A stretch of 64,000 bases of DNA from Octopus vulgaris (taxonomy: Eukaryota): contig OX597817.1 of assembly GCA_951406725.2 (NCBI GenBank), positions 682,001 through 746,000 on the forward strand, written 5' to 3'. Numbering within the stretch: position 1 is the stretch's first letter; each line of letters opens with the position of its first letter. A program made the translations under genes and the position numbers. The notes beneath the pieces are model-generated. The model searched no databases and was not told where the DNA came from. It saw only the letters and a list, made by a program, of their open reading frames with translations. Shown here in pieces: positions 1 through 13,833 of this stretch.

Positions 1-299
1 TCATCATCATCCTCCCCATTACTACCATCATCTATAAAACAATAGCAACAGTAGATGAAAGATCAGTTAAGACATTGAAATTCCAGTCGCTGCTGCTGCT
101 GCTGCTGCTGCCGCCGTTTTGATGGTTGGGAAACATTGTTATCAGCAGAAGCAGCTGTAGTAGTCCAGGCCATTGCTACTAATCTCTGAGCTCCCAAACA
201 ACTTTCTTGTTTACATACTTCCACCAACACAGCTGCCACTTGTAAGCAGTATTCACACAGCTTCGAACAAGCTGAAAACAGGAAAGCTTCTTCCATGTA

Positions 300-572
300 T
301 AGTGTTTCTCAACCACTTTTTTCTTTTTTCTTTTTTTGTACCTATGGACCCCTTTGACTCCTATTTTATTCAGATTGACCCTCCTAGCCATTCAAGACTA
401 AAAATCTTATTAATATTTTTATAATTGAATATTATTAGGAATTGTAGAAAAAGAAAATTGTTAAAACATTTATTTTATTGTAGAAATATAACCAATTCAT
501 TGCATATGAATCTTAAAATAAAATCTTAAATGGACCCCCAAGTGCCATATTGACCCCAGTTGAGAACCACTG
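300..572. mobile_element. hAT (Charlie-like) MITE
   Basis: TIRs TAGTGTTTCTCAAC / GTTGAGAACCACTG, internal GGACCCC subterminal motifs, degenerate 8-bp TSD. Confidence 0.7.
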
Positions 573-1032
573 CCTATGTGAGGGCTTGATCTGCTTGCAA
601 TTGCAGCCAGATCACCCTCAAACTGCTCACATTCCCACCATAAAAGAAAAGGATGCAAACACTAACATGTTCAGGGGTACACAATACAAGAACTGTCCAC
701 CCCAAACTCCCTGCCACCACCACCACCACCTTCCGACATGGTGGTCATCACTGGAATGATTATGGGCAGCAGAGTAGTTTCTAAATTTGAAGAGTAGTAG
801 AGTGGCAGAATTTGTACAGGGTCAGACAGTGATTTGTGGTATTTAGTTATATCAGTTTCCATTCTGAATTGAGATCCTGCAGTCTGTTTTATATGTCGTC
901 CTTCTGAGGCCGGTAAAGCACCAGCCAAATAATGCAGTGGCTGCAACTGGTTAATTATTTTCCTCAAAATTGTTGGTCTTGGAACTTTGAGAGAAACCAT
1001 TCTGCTTATTATTATTATTATTGTTATTATTG

Positions 1033-2490
1033 AGAGCTGGCACAATCGTCAGCACATGCCAGGCAAAATGCTTAGCAGCAGCTCATTTGTCTTTAGATGT
1101 TCTGAGTTCAAGTTCTGCCAAGGTTGACTTTACCTTTTCACCCTTTCGGCAATTAAGCACCAGTAAAACACTGAGGTTGACGTAACTGAATAGTCCACTC
1201 CCCCAAAATTTCAGGCCTTGAGCCTTTAGTAGAAAAGATTATCATTATTATTATTGAGTGAGAGTAGTGCTTGCCGTCAAAGTGACACTGGGGTACAAAT
1301 ATACAAAGTTCAATATACCCATCATGACTACCTGTCTGATGACACCAGGCATACGCATCACAACCATATGTACTTGACATCGTGATCTTATATCAAGATA
1401 AACAGTGCGTGACCTTGAAGGTGGGGCCCAGTTAGAATTTTCTTCAGGTTGAGTAGCCCATCCCGCTCAAAAGGTCCCTGAATAAGGATTGTATAAGAAT
1501 GTTGAGAGAAACACCCATGTTTCCAAAGGCGAATAATCTAAACCCCCAAAGAATTCCTCTTAACACATGACTATCATGCTCCCCCACTACTTCTGCTCGT
1601 GATCAGAGATGCACATATCACAGCCACCAAGGGACATATTCAACTGGTTTAGGTCAAACAACTGACAAGCAAATCTGTGGTATTGAGCAGAATATTTGCT
1701 GTAGCCCTTCTTTTATACCAAGACAAAAGAATGATAACACTGCCAATCAGTTAAGATCAGAAGCCATGAGAGCCACTGCTAGGTACTGCATCAGGGCATT
1801 TTGCTGCTACTGCTGCTGCTACTGCTACTACTACTATTAAGGCAGCAAGCTAGCAGGATCATTAACAAGCCAAGCAAAATGCTTAGCTGCATTATGGCCA
1901 TCTTTAGGTTCTGAGTTCAAATTCTGTCAAGATCAACTTTGCCTTTCATCCTTTCAGAGTTGATGAAATAAGTACCAGTTGAGTACTGGGGTTGAAATTT
2001 CAGGGCTTGTACCAATAGTAGAAAGGATTATTATTATTAAAAAAATAAAGGCACTGAGCTGGCAGAATTGTTAGCAGCATTTCTTCTGGTTTTATGTTCT
2101 AAGTCCAAATTCTGCTGAGGTTGATTTTGCCTTACATCTTCTTCGGAGTCGATAAAATAAGTACCAGTTGATCAGTGGGATCGATGCAATAGACCTACCC
2201 CACCCAAACCCTGCAAAAGAAAGAAAAAAAAATTCTTGGCCCTGTGCCAAAATTAGAAATCATAAGTATCATTATTATTATCAGAATTATTAGCATGCTA
2301 GACAAAATGTTTAGTGGTATTTCATCTGCCACTATGTTCTAAGTTCAAATTCAGCTGAAGTCGATTTTGCCTTTCACCCTTTCAGGGTTGATAAATGAAG
2401 TACCAGTCAAGTACTGGGGTTAATATAATTGACTATCCCCCTCCCCACAAATTGCAGGCCTTGTGCCTATAATAGAGAGGATTATTATTA

Positions 2491-2539
<49 letters not shown>

Positions 2540-2770
2540 AAGACAGTAGATTAAAGAAATGACTGAGCAGCTTACAAAATTATTTGTGGCCTTTATAGTT
2601 ACATGCACTTTATGTTCTCAGTTGTGCTGTCAACAGAGTCAACTTTGACTGTTAACCTTCCAGGGGCAACAAAATAAATATCAGTCAAACACTGCGGTGA
2701 TATAATCAATTACATCTCTCCACTAAATTTCAGGTCTTTTGTCTATGTGAGAAATCAATATTGTTATTAA
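1033..2770 (+). mobile_element. Head-to-tail cluster of about 220-bp tRNA-derived SINEs with (ATT)n tails, plus an unclassified 545-bp repeat (1256-1801)
   Basis: Five copies share GAGCTGGCAGAAT..GTTAGCA, TTCTGAGTTCAAATTC (B-box-like), GCCTTTCATCCTTTC..GATAAAATAAGTACCAG and GGCCTTGTGCC..AGAAAGGATTATT. Confidence 0.8.
2481..2537. repeat. (ATT)n microsatellite
   Basis: Read directly from the sequence. Confidence 0.95.
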
Positions 2771-3018
2771 CATTTAGGTGGTGCAGTGGTAGAAATAGAA
2801 GATAGCTGCTGGATTATATACTAACCAATATTTAGTTTGATTACATAACTGTAGCTGCCTCTCATTATCAATCCTTATGATAATCTATATTATTATCATT
2901 CTGCTACATATGTAATTCTTTATCTATGGAATGAAATCAAAGCCAATCTATTCATAAGATAATTGACTGATAAATATTTGGAAATACACACACACACTCA
3001 TAAGTGTGTATATACATA

Positions 3019-4228
3019 CATCATCATCATTCAATGTCTACTCTCCATGCTGGAGAGTTTGACTGGGGACTGGTGAGCCAGATGGCTGCACTAGGTTCCA
3101 ATCTGATCTGGCAGAGTTTCTACAGCTGGATGCCTTTCCTAATGCCAACCACTCCGAGAGAGTAGTGGGTACTTATACGTGCCACCGGCACAAGGGCCAG
3201 TCATGCAGTACTGGCAACGGCCACACTCAAATGGCATTTTTACATGTCACCTGCACAGGAGCCAGTCCAGCAGCACTGGCAACACCCTTGCTTGAATGTT
3301 GTTTTTCACGGACCACCAGCACAAGTGCCAGTAAGGCAACACTGGTAATGATCACGGTCGAATGGTGCTTTTTACGTGCCAGTCAGTGGTTCTGGCGGCG
3401 ATCATGCTCGGATGGTGCTCTTAGTACTCCACTAACACAGATGCCAGTCATGCAGTGCTATCATCGAATTTGATTTCGATTTCACTTGCCTCAACAGGCC
3501 TTCACAAGGAGGGTTTAGTGTCCAATGAAAGAAAGGTATGCCTAAGTGGGCTGGTTACACCAGTGGCATAGGCCACGGGTTATGGTCTTACTTGGCTTCC
3601 CGGGTTTTCTCAAGCCCAGCATATTTTCAAAGGTCTTGGTCACTAGTCATTGCCTCGATGAGGCCTAATGTTCGATGGTCATGCTTTACCACCTCATCCC
3701 AGGTCTTCCTCTTCTACAGTTTCCCTCAACTGCTAGGGTGTGACACTTTTTCACACAGCTATCCTCATTCATTCGCACCACATCTGATGCATCTTAGGTT
3801 CAACTTTTCTCTCAGGGTGCTTACATTCTGTCGAATATGCACACTGACATTACACATCCAGCAGAGCATACTGGCTTCGTTCCTTGCAAGCTTACGCATG
3901 TCCTCGGCAGTCATGGCCCATGTAGCATGGCTGTTCGTACACATGCGTCATACAGTCTACCTTTTACACTGAGTGAGAGGCCCTTTGTCACCAGCAGAGG
4001 TAAGACCTCTTTGAACTTTGCCCAGGCTATTCTTATTCTAGCAGCTACACTTTCAGAGCACCCATCCACTCTACAGACTTGGTCACCTAGGTAACGGAAG
4101 CTATCAATTCTAGTTTTCTCCCTGGAATGTGGCGGAAGTTGTTCTCTGCACATTTTCAGTGTTTATTGCACCTGAGCATCTGCCACATACAAAAACTATC
4201 TTCCTAGTTAGCCTTCCTTTGACACAAC
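3019..4228 (-). mobile_element. 5'-truncated RTE-clade LINE relic (RT C-terminus, 3' UTR, (ATG)n tail)
   Basis: FRYLGD...AARIRIAWAKFKEVLPLLVTKGLSLSVKGRLYDACVRTAMLHG; colinear with the 62088-63969 copy. Confidence 0.9.
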
Positions 4229-5037
4229 ACATTACTTGGCCCAGGAACTAAAACCATAATCACATGATCATAAGCCTAACACCATAATCACTTGGCCATA
4301 TATGTTCACTTCTTGTAGGAATGATAAAGATAACTCTCAAGGTGCAACAAGTGACAGATGTAGAACAATATATATAGTTTTCAAAGCTGATCACTCCTAA
4401 GACTGCATCTTCAGGCCACTCTATGAGGCCGTTACACTATCTCAACGATCAAATATATCAGAAATACATTATGTATTTCATAGTTTTCAATAAACAATCT
4501 TAGTTTTCAAAATAACCATGAAATTTCCACAGCTCCTGTTGGTGATTATTATCAACAGTTTCCTTTCCCTAAATGTGAGACCTTGTCTCTAGTTAACAAA
4601 GTGGAAGAACAATGCATCTAATGTCTTGTAATATGTAGTTGTGGCTTTTTACAATCTGAGTTAAAATCCTACCAGCGCTGTTTTGCTTTTTATCCTTTTG
4701 GCAGATTTAGAAGAATAAAATATCAGTCAAGCACTAAGGTTGATTTAATCAAACTTCCTCCAAACTTATTGCCTAGTGATTTGTTAGAAGCACTTATAAC
4801 AATTAGGGAGTCCAGGATATTCAAAACAGAAGAGCATCAGATAAATGTGTTGACGTAGATAGTTTTACAACTTCATGTTCCCATTCAGTTAAGAGTGATA
4901 TATCATCTCAGGACATATACGATAAAATCCAGTATAACACTACAGAAAATTCAAGCAACTCTTTCACCATATCATAAGAATTTATGCAACTATTTTAGTA
5001 TTATATATACTTCACGATCCATCATCACTTTATATAT

Positions 5038-5430
5038 AGGCGCAAGACCAGCTGTGTGGTAAGTAGCTTGCTTACCAACCACATGGTTCTGGGTTCAGTC
5101 CCACTGCGTGGCACCTTGGGCAAGTGACTTCTAACTATAGCCTCGGGCCGACCAAAGCCTTGTGAGTGGATTTGGTAGACAGAAACTGAAAGAAGCCCGT
5201 CATATATATGTATATATATGTGTGTGTGTTTGTCCCCGCAACATCATTTGACAACCGATGCTGGTGTGTTTACGTCCCCATAACTTAGCGGTTCAGTAAA
5301 AAGAGACCGATAGAATACGTACTAGGCTTACAAAGAATAAGTCCTTGGGTCAACTTGCTCGACTAAAGGCGGTGCTCCAGCATGGCCGCAGTCATATGAC
5401 TGAAACAAGCAAAAGAGTAAAAAGAGAGAG
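5038..5430 (+). mobile_element. Full-length tRNA-derived SINE (cephalopod type)
   Basis: GTGTGGTAAG A-box-like and GGGTTCAGTCC B-box head, CCTTGGGCAAG core, internal (TA)/(TG) tract, AAAAGAGT tail. Confidence 0.85.
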
Positions 5431-5508
5431 TATATTTTGAGATCCATCCTTATTGCTTAATATGTTAAACCGTACAACCTATGCTGGCATGGGTTGCATG
5501 GTTTAACA

Positions 5509-5993
5509 AGAGCTGGCCAGCTGGAGAGAGCTGACCAGCTGGAGAGCAGTCCAGCTGGAGAGCTGACCAGCTGGAGAGAGCTGACCAGCTGGAGAGAGCT
5601 GACCAGCTGGAGAGCAGTCCAGCTGGAGAGCTGACCAGCTGGAGAGCAGTCCAGCTGGAGAGCTGACCAGCTGGAGAGAGCTGACCAGCTGGAGAGAGCT
5701 GACCAGCTGGAGAGAGCTGACCAGCTGGAGAGCTGACCAGCTGGAGAGAGCTGACCAGCTGGAGAGAGCTGACCAGCTGGAGAGCAGTCCAGCTGGAGAG
5801 CTGACCAGCTGGAGAGCTGACCAGCTGGAGAGCAGTCCAGCTGGAGAGCTGACCAGCTGGAGAGCAGTCCAGCTGGAGAGCTGACCAGCTGGAGAGCAGT
5901 CCAGCTGGAGAGCTGACCAGCTGGAGAGAGCTGACCAGCTGGAGAGAGCTGACCAGCTGGAGAGAGCTGACCAGCTGGAGAGAGCAGTCCAGC
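5509..5993. repeat. Variant-unit minisatellite with 28 CCAGCTGG cores and 8/10-nt spacers
   Basis: Counted directly; sits inside an RTE-tail-type repeat. Confidence 0.95.
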
Positions 5994-6598
5994 CTCCAAT
6001 TGTTTGTTTTGGTAAGGTTTCTACAGCTGGATGCCAACCACTCTATAGTATGCTGGGTACCTTTTATGAGCTACTGGCATTGATGCCTTTATGTGGTACC
6101 AGCACAAATGCATCATGTGTGACACTGGCATGAGTGCATACTATGTGGCACCAGTGCAAATTATGTGGCACTTGCAAGTTAAAGACCGCTTGACTGAGAG
6201 GGGAGAGGAAGTGGGGATATGACGAGAAAGGGAATGTCTGTATGCAGGGATGGCCATGGATGGCCATAGTTTCACTTGATGTGATTTTACTTAGCTTCCA
6301 AAAAACACTTATTTCATACTCTTGAAAGTTTCTAAAATGGCTTAAAAGAGGATTGCTTTGGTCTAATGGCAGAATGCCTGTCATGTCAATGAAAGAGATG
6401 TGGGTTCAAGTCCCACAGGTATCTTTTGACTTTTTCTTTTCATGAGGGATTTTTCAACACAATATGTGCATGCTATTATTTATAGAACCAATTCTACACA
6501 AGAGCTCTGACAACAGATTTATATCTGTGCCAAACTCAGAAATCATTACCATTTCTAACAGCAACACAAATTCATAAATATTGGGAGTGATTGATTAA

Positions 6599-6791
6599 TC
6601 CTTTCATTACCAACCTGACTGAAACTGGCTCTGGCTCTAAGTACAAATGTCTTGTTTTCATAAGTTTCATAGTCACAATTTATATTCCTAACACTAGCTG
6701 AATGATAACTAAGTCATTTTACTAAATTCTTTGTTATATTTAAAGTAATTGAAAGAAACACAGAACATCTCAAAATACAGTAACGAAAGGG
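6599..6791. mobile_element. piggyBac-type MITE
   Basis: TTAA flanks; ends TCCTTTCATTAC / GTAACGAAAGGG, the same TIR as the element at 48996. Confidence 0.75.
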
Positions 6792-7219
6792 TTAAATCAA
6801 TCCAGTACTTGACTAATACTGAATTTAAGCAACCTTTGAAGCACAAAACGGTACAGGTAGACACAATATGATGCAAGCTCAAAATATAAATAAATCATTT
6901 ATATTATTAGCTGTGGAGATTTGCATTTGCAATAATACCTAAATGTTACATGGTAAAAATATGTTTGTTTATTATTTATTTATTTAGTTATTTTTGGGGG
7001 GAAATTGAAGATGATGTTGCAAATGAGAAGTACTAACAGCCTCATATTAATGCTTGGTAGAATGAATACCAGTACCAAATATACTGGTGTAAGTAGGTCA
7101 AAATCTACACTAAATGTTAAAACTATTGGCAGGCAATAAACAGACCAAGAATATCAAAGAATAAGCAGACATTTTTGAAATGGTAACTTTGTGTATTTGT
7201 CACAATTTTATATACATAC

Positions 7220-7252
<33 letters not shown>

Positions 7253-10200
7253 GCCAATAAACTTCTATATCAATATCTTATTTTCACACTACATTAATTT
7301 TCTATCATAATACTTTTGCATTATATAAAGATACAAATGTCCATGATGTTTTTGCCTTCTAAGTACACATACAAAAATATTGGTTGACACTTCAAAGATA
7401 ATTTGGACAATTCTGGATGAGATCCAAATTGTGTAATCATTTCATCTACAAAAATCAATAGTTTTCATTGGATTCAGTATTTTTTATGTTTTTATGAGAC
7501 ACTTTCACTTTAAAAAAGGAAAAAAAATGTGACACAAAACATATGGGGGGGGGGTCATTCACCAAATTATTGATCAACTATCTCCTATATCAAACAATTA
7601 ATTAACCCATTTACATTAAATACATAGACTAAGCTGGCCAAGCATAAAATTATGTCAAAATTCTTCCACTACAGTATTTTCTATGCTATTGTTCAACTAT
7701 ATCAAACAGTTTCAGATAATTCAGATAAAATTTTTAATAATTTGTTTCAGTTTTGTCTTATATTTTTAAAGGCTGTATAGTTGTTTTCTGACTATTCAAC
7801 TTTTATGTGAAGTGGTTGTGCTAAAAGCAAAGTCATACACAGCCGGCTGTCACCTGGAAGTGTAGAGGGTATGGCTTAGTAGCATATTCCGTGTTCTTGG
7901 TAATTGTTTCAAGTACATATGTGGTCACCAGCAGACACAGACACCCTCTGTTCACCCTTAACCTAGCAGAACATGCAGAATGTGACAGTTAGAAGGAGAG
8001 ACAGATGAACCAACACCTGGCTGGTATTCATAACAATTTAATATGAAGTGTCTTGCTCAAGGTCACAATGTACCACATAGGTCAGGAATTGAACTCAACC
8101 ATAAGGTCTTGACCTGAACACTCTTGTTATGTACTTTCACAGTGGTTTTGAAAAATTGGTAAACTAGGACAAAGCTTGACCTAAATATCAATAAATCTGT
8201 TAAAATTCCATTTTCAATGAGAAAAATGAATGACAAGAATCCCTCAGCTGTGAAATGAGAGCCGTACTTCATTTGCGATAAATAGCAGTGAAAGTTGTCA
8301 TCAATATTTCAAATGTTTTCACTACTATCACTAATTGTCGATGTTGTCTTCATTATTGATTTTTACATGTTCTTCCATTCTATTGTTGTTGCTTAGCAAC
8401 AATTGAAACTGTTTAGAATCAAATCCATTTCAATCATGAACCATTCTTCAAATTTTTCTAGGCTTATATTGCCTAATGTCTCCTTTAAGATGATCAGCTG
8501 TGATTTAAGAGAGATTTGACTACTTTTTCTAGTGAGTCAAATGATCATTGACACTTTCACTGGTTTGGTAATAAAGAGTTGCTTAGCTAAAAGTCAGTTC
8601 TAATCAAGCAGGCTTCAAAGATGTTCCAGCTACAACTGACCCCTCATTCTGTTGATCAAGGATCAGTTTATCTAATGTGGCTGTGTTTTTTTCTAAAACA
8701 GTAGGTATGATTGAAGGTAATTTGGTTGCTATTTCAAGCAGGTCAAACAACCAAGTAGAGAAGCATGTTGCTCCATGCTAGTGTAGGCCGGAGAGGTCTG
8801 TGACAATTTGCTATGATCTTCCATACAATAATGACTATGACTGTATAAAATGGAACAAGTAAATTTAGTTCCAAATTGCATCAAACATGTCCGTTGATAA
8901 GAATATTTAGGGTGATGAAGTAGCAGAAACAGTTAAGCTATCAAACTAAATATTCAACAGTAGTTTCATTGTACTACATTTGTGTTCAAGGTCAACATTA
9001 CCCTTCATCCCAACATTGTCAATAAAATATGTACCATGTTGTTGTGTCAACACCCCTAGACAATGAAGTAGACTAGCCCAATACGTAGATATACAGGGAG
9101 AAGTCTAGATGTCTTCTTTTTTTTTTAATCATTTAATCAAAGGGGAATGTGGTACCCATGATGCTTTAAAATGCCCTTCAAACATTAGATTCTGCCAAGA
9201 GTAAGTCTCTTTTACATTAGGTCTATTCACATGATTCCTAAAAGGGTAAAGAACCCTTTGGTCATAAATGATCAAGGGATTGCAACTAGAAGGTTCCCCT
9301 CTGAGATACAAGTTCAAGCACGTTTGTTTATGGAAACCAGCAGCCATCCATGCATATAAGCCTCCCCTTTCCATGCCACTGATGCTATCCAAGGGAAAGG
9401 TAAAGGGGCCGATACAGCTTGGCACCAGTGATGTCACAACTCACTTCTACAGCTGAATGAACTGGAGCAACCTGAAATAAAGTGTTTTGCTCAAGAACAC
9501 AACATAGCTTGGTCTGGGAATCAAACTCACTACGTCATGATTATGATTCCTATTGACAAGGAGAAGTAAGAAATATCATTAATATTTTATTAACTTTAGG
9601 CCAGCATGCTGGCAAAGATTAATGCCTAACAATATATAGTTTTGTTGTTCAACATTCAAAACTCAAATCCCACAGGAGCAAATTCTTTATCCCTCCAGTT
9701 CGTCAATAAAATAGGCACCAGTATTGTTCTAGGATTAAATCACTTGACTGTTTCTTCCTTGGCACAATATTTACTAGTCAAAAGAAATCAATATTTTAAC
9801 TAATGCAGTAGTGTTAGAGCAATAGATGGCAACATTTGATCAGCATCAACAACCATTTTCCTTTCTTGCACAAGTCTACTGGATAACATATCACCACCAT
9901 TTGTCTCCATCTTTTATTTAATAAGAGGAACCCAGCATCCTGAGATTTGACCTCACTACTTTCTTACACGTATCTTCCTTTGACAACACATCTCTTTTTC
10001 ATTTTGCACTCATCACCCATTTACATCATGCGGTAGACTCCCTTGTATGTATCAGCTGGTGCCTTGCTCTCACTACATTTGTCTTCTGGTTTTTAAAGAA
10101 GGACTGCATCAAGTTCCAGTCGGGTTTGGGTTACTTTCTATGGCTTGATGCCCTTCCTTACATCAACCACTTTACAATGTGCTGGGTGCTTTTAACGTAA

Positions 10201-13200
10201 CGTTGGTATGAGTGCTTTTTATGTGGCACCAGCATAGGACTCTTGCAGGCCAATCCTCTTCAACAGAGGGGAGAAACCTTAACACTTCTGCTATAGAGGA
10301 TGGGTCTTCTTGAGTACAACAAGGTACCAGGTATCTTGGTCCTTTGTTATGTAGATTAATATATCTACAGACTACATTTAGTTTCTCTCCAGAGTTTTAA
10401 TGTCCATATCAAACTACCATGCACCAACATTTGTACAAAGCCAAAGCATTATAAGGAAGAGGTACAGTCAAGTGAATAAAAACTTAGTAAACTACTAAAT
10501 CTCATTTCATAAAACAGAGGAACAAAAGGAAAAGTTAACTCTTTTGAGATCTGAGATTTTCATCTCAGAATGTAATAAACTAGCAGTACTAGTTCAGAAC
10601 TCTGTAGTTCTGCCATTAGTTCATTTGTTTTATAGCTGTTTTTCCATGGGTAAGGCAGATGTTATTTTGAGGTATTGTTTTACAGCTAGATGCCCTTCCT
10701 GATGATATCCCTTAACTGCTTTTCTTATAAAGGATCTCCTTTCCACACATCTTTGAAGGCACAAAATGACCAAACAATTTGTTAACAGAAACTAACAACA
10801 CCTTGTCACACTTCTATACAAGATATTGCAGAATTAAGGAAACAAACGCACACAACAGTCTCTTTTCATTTCTGTCAACCATATCCACTCACAAGGCCTT
10901 GGCCAACCTGCAGGGTATAATAGAAGACACTTGCCTAATGTGCTGTGCAGTAGGAGTGAACCCAAAACCACACGGCTGGGAAGTGAATTTCTCAACAAAC
11001 AGGCATACCTGCACTTAATAATTACTTAAAAGTACAGCCCGATTAAGGACATATCTCCACCAAATATTAGCCATTGTATCTAACAAAAAAAATCAATATT
11101 CAGTTAAATTGGATAAATAACTAATGAATCTAATCAATAATCTGCTTTAATTTCAAGTTATTTCACTGTAGCCGAATTATTTCATTAATGCCTCAAAAAA
11201 AAAAAAAAGACACGAATATCATAAAAAACTCATTCTTCTGCTCAAATGGATTTACTTAGAAAACAGAAACAGTATTAGTATCTAATTTCATGCTTTTGAG
11301 TTAAAATGCTATCAGGGTTATCTCCACATACAATTTATCTGGGATCAATACAACAAATACTAAATTACAAAGGATAATACAATTAACTATACCATGCTAT
11401 TTGAACACAGACTTCTAATACATACATACACATATAAATATATATTGGAATTAAAACATAAATATATGTATATTACACTCGTAAATATTAGAAGCTTATG
11501 ACTAGTCTGTAGTAGTTTTTCAAATCACACCCTATTGTTTTAAATTAGGGAAAAGAGATACTGTAGTCCTTATCCTCCACATCTAAAAGACAGAATTTTA
11601 TGACCAGGTTGCCTCTGATGAGGGCCGAGTTAAAGCAAAAGAACATTTCACCAGCTATTTAACCACTGTACTTGAAGTATAGGGTTCTCTGTCTGATTTA
11701 GGAAGTAGTAAAATCAACAAGAAAGGATCTTCTGATGATGGCCCTCACAGATGGGAAGACAGGGACTGAAACTTCTGGCAGTTTGCTGTGCTTGAGAAGG
11801 CACATCAAACTAAGTAAATTTGTGGCTGTCCTCGCATACAAGAATGCTCCCTACATCCCGCTTCATCTAAATCTTGTAGGCTCATGGGTGTTGGTGCCAT
11901 GTAAAAAAAAAACAAAAAACCATCCATGCTAGTGCCACAAAAAAGTGCTCATGCCAGTGCTGTGTAAAAGCCCCCAATACACTCCGTAAAGTGTTTGGTG
12001 TAAGAAAGGGCATCAAACCATAGAAACCATGCCAAAACAGACATGGAGCCTGGGCAGGTCGTCAGCTGGCCAGTTCCTGTCAAACCGTCCAACCCATGCC
12101 AGCATAGAAAAGACATTAAATGATGATGATGATGTTATTGAAGGCAGGTGTGTGACTGAAGTGTGACTAACAGTGATAAGTCTTATCTTTCAATGTTCTT
12201 GAGTTCAAAATTCCGTCAGGGCTGACTTGGCTTTTCGTTATTCCAAGATTGATAAAATTTATATCAATTATCCATTTGGTTAATTTAATTGATTACACCC
12301 TTCTTGTGGCTATTTGGAAAGAGTCAGTATTCAACTGAGCTAGATCTTTATATTCTTTCACTTATCTATTGAAGTTTACTATTACTCTACAGAGTTAAGT
12401 GCCACTGACTTCAATACACAATTGCTTTCCAATTCCTGATTATAACTACACTGTTAACTCACTAGAAAAACAATCATCACAGTTTTACTTCCATTCACCC
12501 TGTAAATCTAAAGCAATTTATCTATATAAAAAAGAAATCAATATTATTCAAAGGAAGATGAGTGAGTTGGTCAAAGTACCAGAATGCCAGACTCTATATT
12601 TCCCCATTTTGACATTTGACATTTCTAAACGCCTGCTTCAAATTCAATCTGCTTTAAAAAAAAATCAGTATTAAAAAATCTGTGATTCTTCCTAACAAAA
12701 ATAAAAAAGAGGCTTTGCTTTTCTTCTCAAATGAAATCAATAGTGTTTTTAAAAACCAGAAAAAAGAAGTCAGAATTTATGATTAAAAGACAATAACTAC
12801 TAAAAATGGGTCTAACATCAACATGATTTTTAATGAGCAATTGATTGATTTATTTATATTTTGTAGGGTGTATTCAACTATTTTGCATTTCAATTGTTCA
12901 AAATGTGCAGAAAGAATATTAATATAACCACTGCAAGGAGATGCAAAAGTCATGGGCACTTCTCCAAACCTCCTCAATCTTTACACATACATACATATAT
13001 ATTTATATCTCATCATCATCCTCTTTTTATGTCCACTTTTTCATGCTTGCATGATTTGAACAAAGTCTATCAAAGTAGACTTTCTACTGCTGGATGCCCT
13101 TCTTGCTATCAACCCTCACCTGTTTCCAAGCAAGGTGATTTTCCCATATTCTCCCAAGGCCAGAAACGTTTTTTGTGGAATATTGGAAATGAATAACATT

Positions 13201-13833
13201 GCTTGTATAACAGTGAAACTAACTTACAACTATTATGTGATGTCAAGACAAGAAGATACAAAACACAGACACAAGTATATATATATACACACACACACTC
13301 TCTCAGAGTGGTTGGCGTTAGGAAGGGCATCCAGCTATAGAAACTCTGCCAGATCAGATTGGAGTCTGGTGCAGCCATCTAGTTCGCCAGGCCTTAGTCA
13401 AATCGTCCAACCCATGCTAGCATGGAAAGCGGATGTTAAACGATGATGATGTGTGTGTGTGTGTGTGTGTGTTTAGAGAGAGAATCAATTATGCAGATAA
13501 ACAAATTAGGTATACTAAATATAACAGTTCAGGTATGAAGTCCAAAATTTGTATACATGCAAATGTATCTAATTTTTGTTTATCTGCTCCACTTGATCCC
13601 TCTTATAGTCATTCTTTACTCTGCAAAATTAATCCCCTGTAAAGACATCAGAGTCGAAGTCTGAATCATTTGAGCACTACTAAATGTCTTCTATATTCAG
13701 AGACCCATGTGGCTATTACTGAAAGCTACTCTAAGAGACTTGGCTATCAAACTACATAGTAATCCAATACAGAGAAGTATAATGCAAAGTCCATTCAGAA
13801 GATATAATCAATGAAATTGTTCATGAGGAGTAA

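Noticed and set aside
63-296. 77-aa ORF with a polyQ tract
   Set aside because: The polyQ comes from a (CTG)n microsatellite and the start lies at a MITE edge; at most part of it is a candidate exon.
5457-6037. 180-190 aa repetitive ORFs
   Set aside because: They are translations of the CCAGCTGG minisatellite, and the mixed 16/18-nt units shift frame.
6355-6420. Functional tRNA gene
   Set aside because: No complete cloverleaf or acceptor stem; better read as a SINE head.
11615-11640. CTGATGA motif as a hammerhead core
   Set aside because: No stem II followed by GAAA can be formed.
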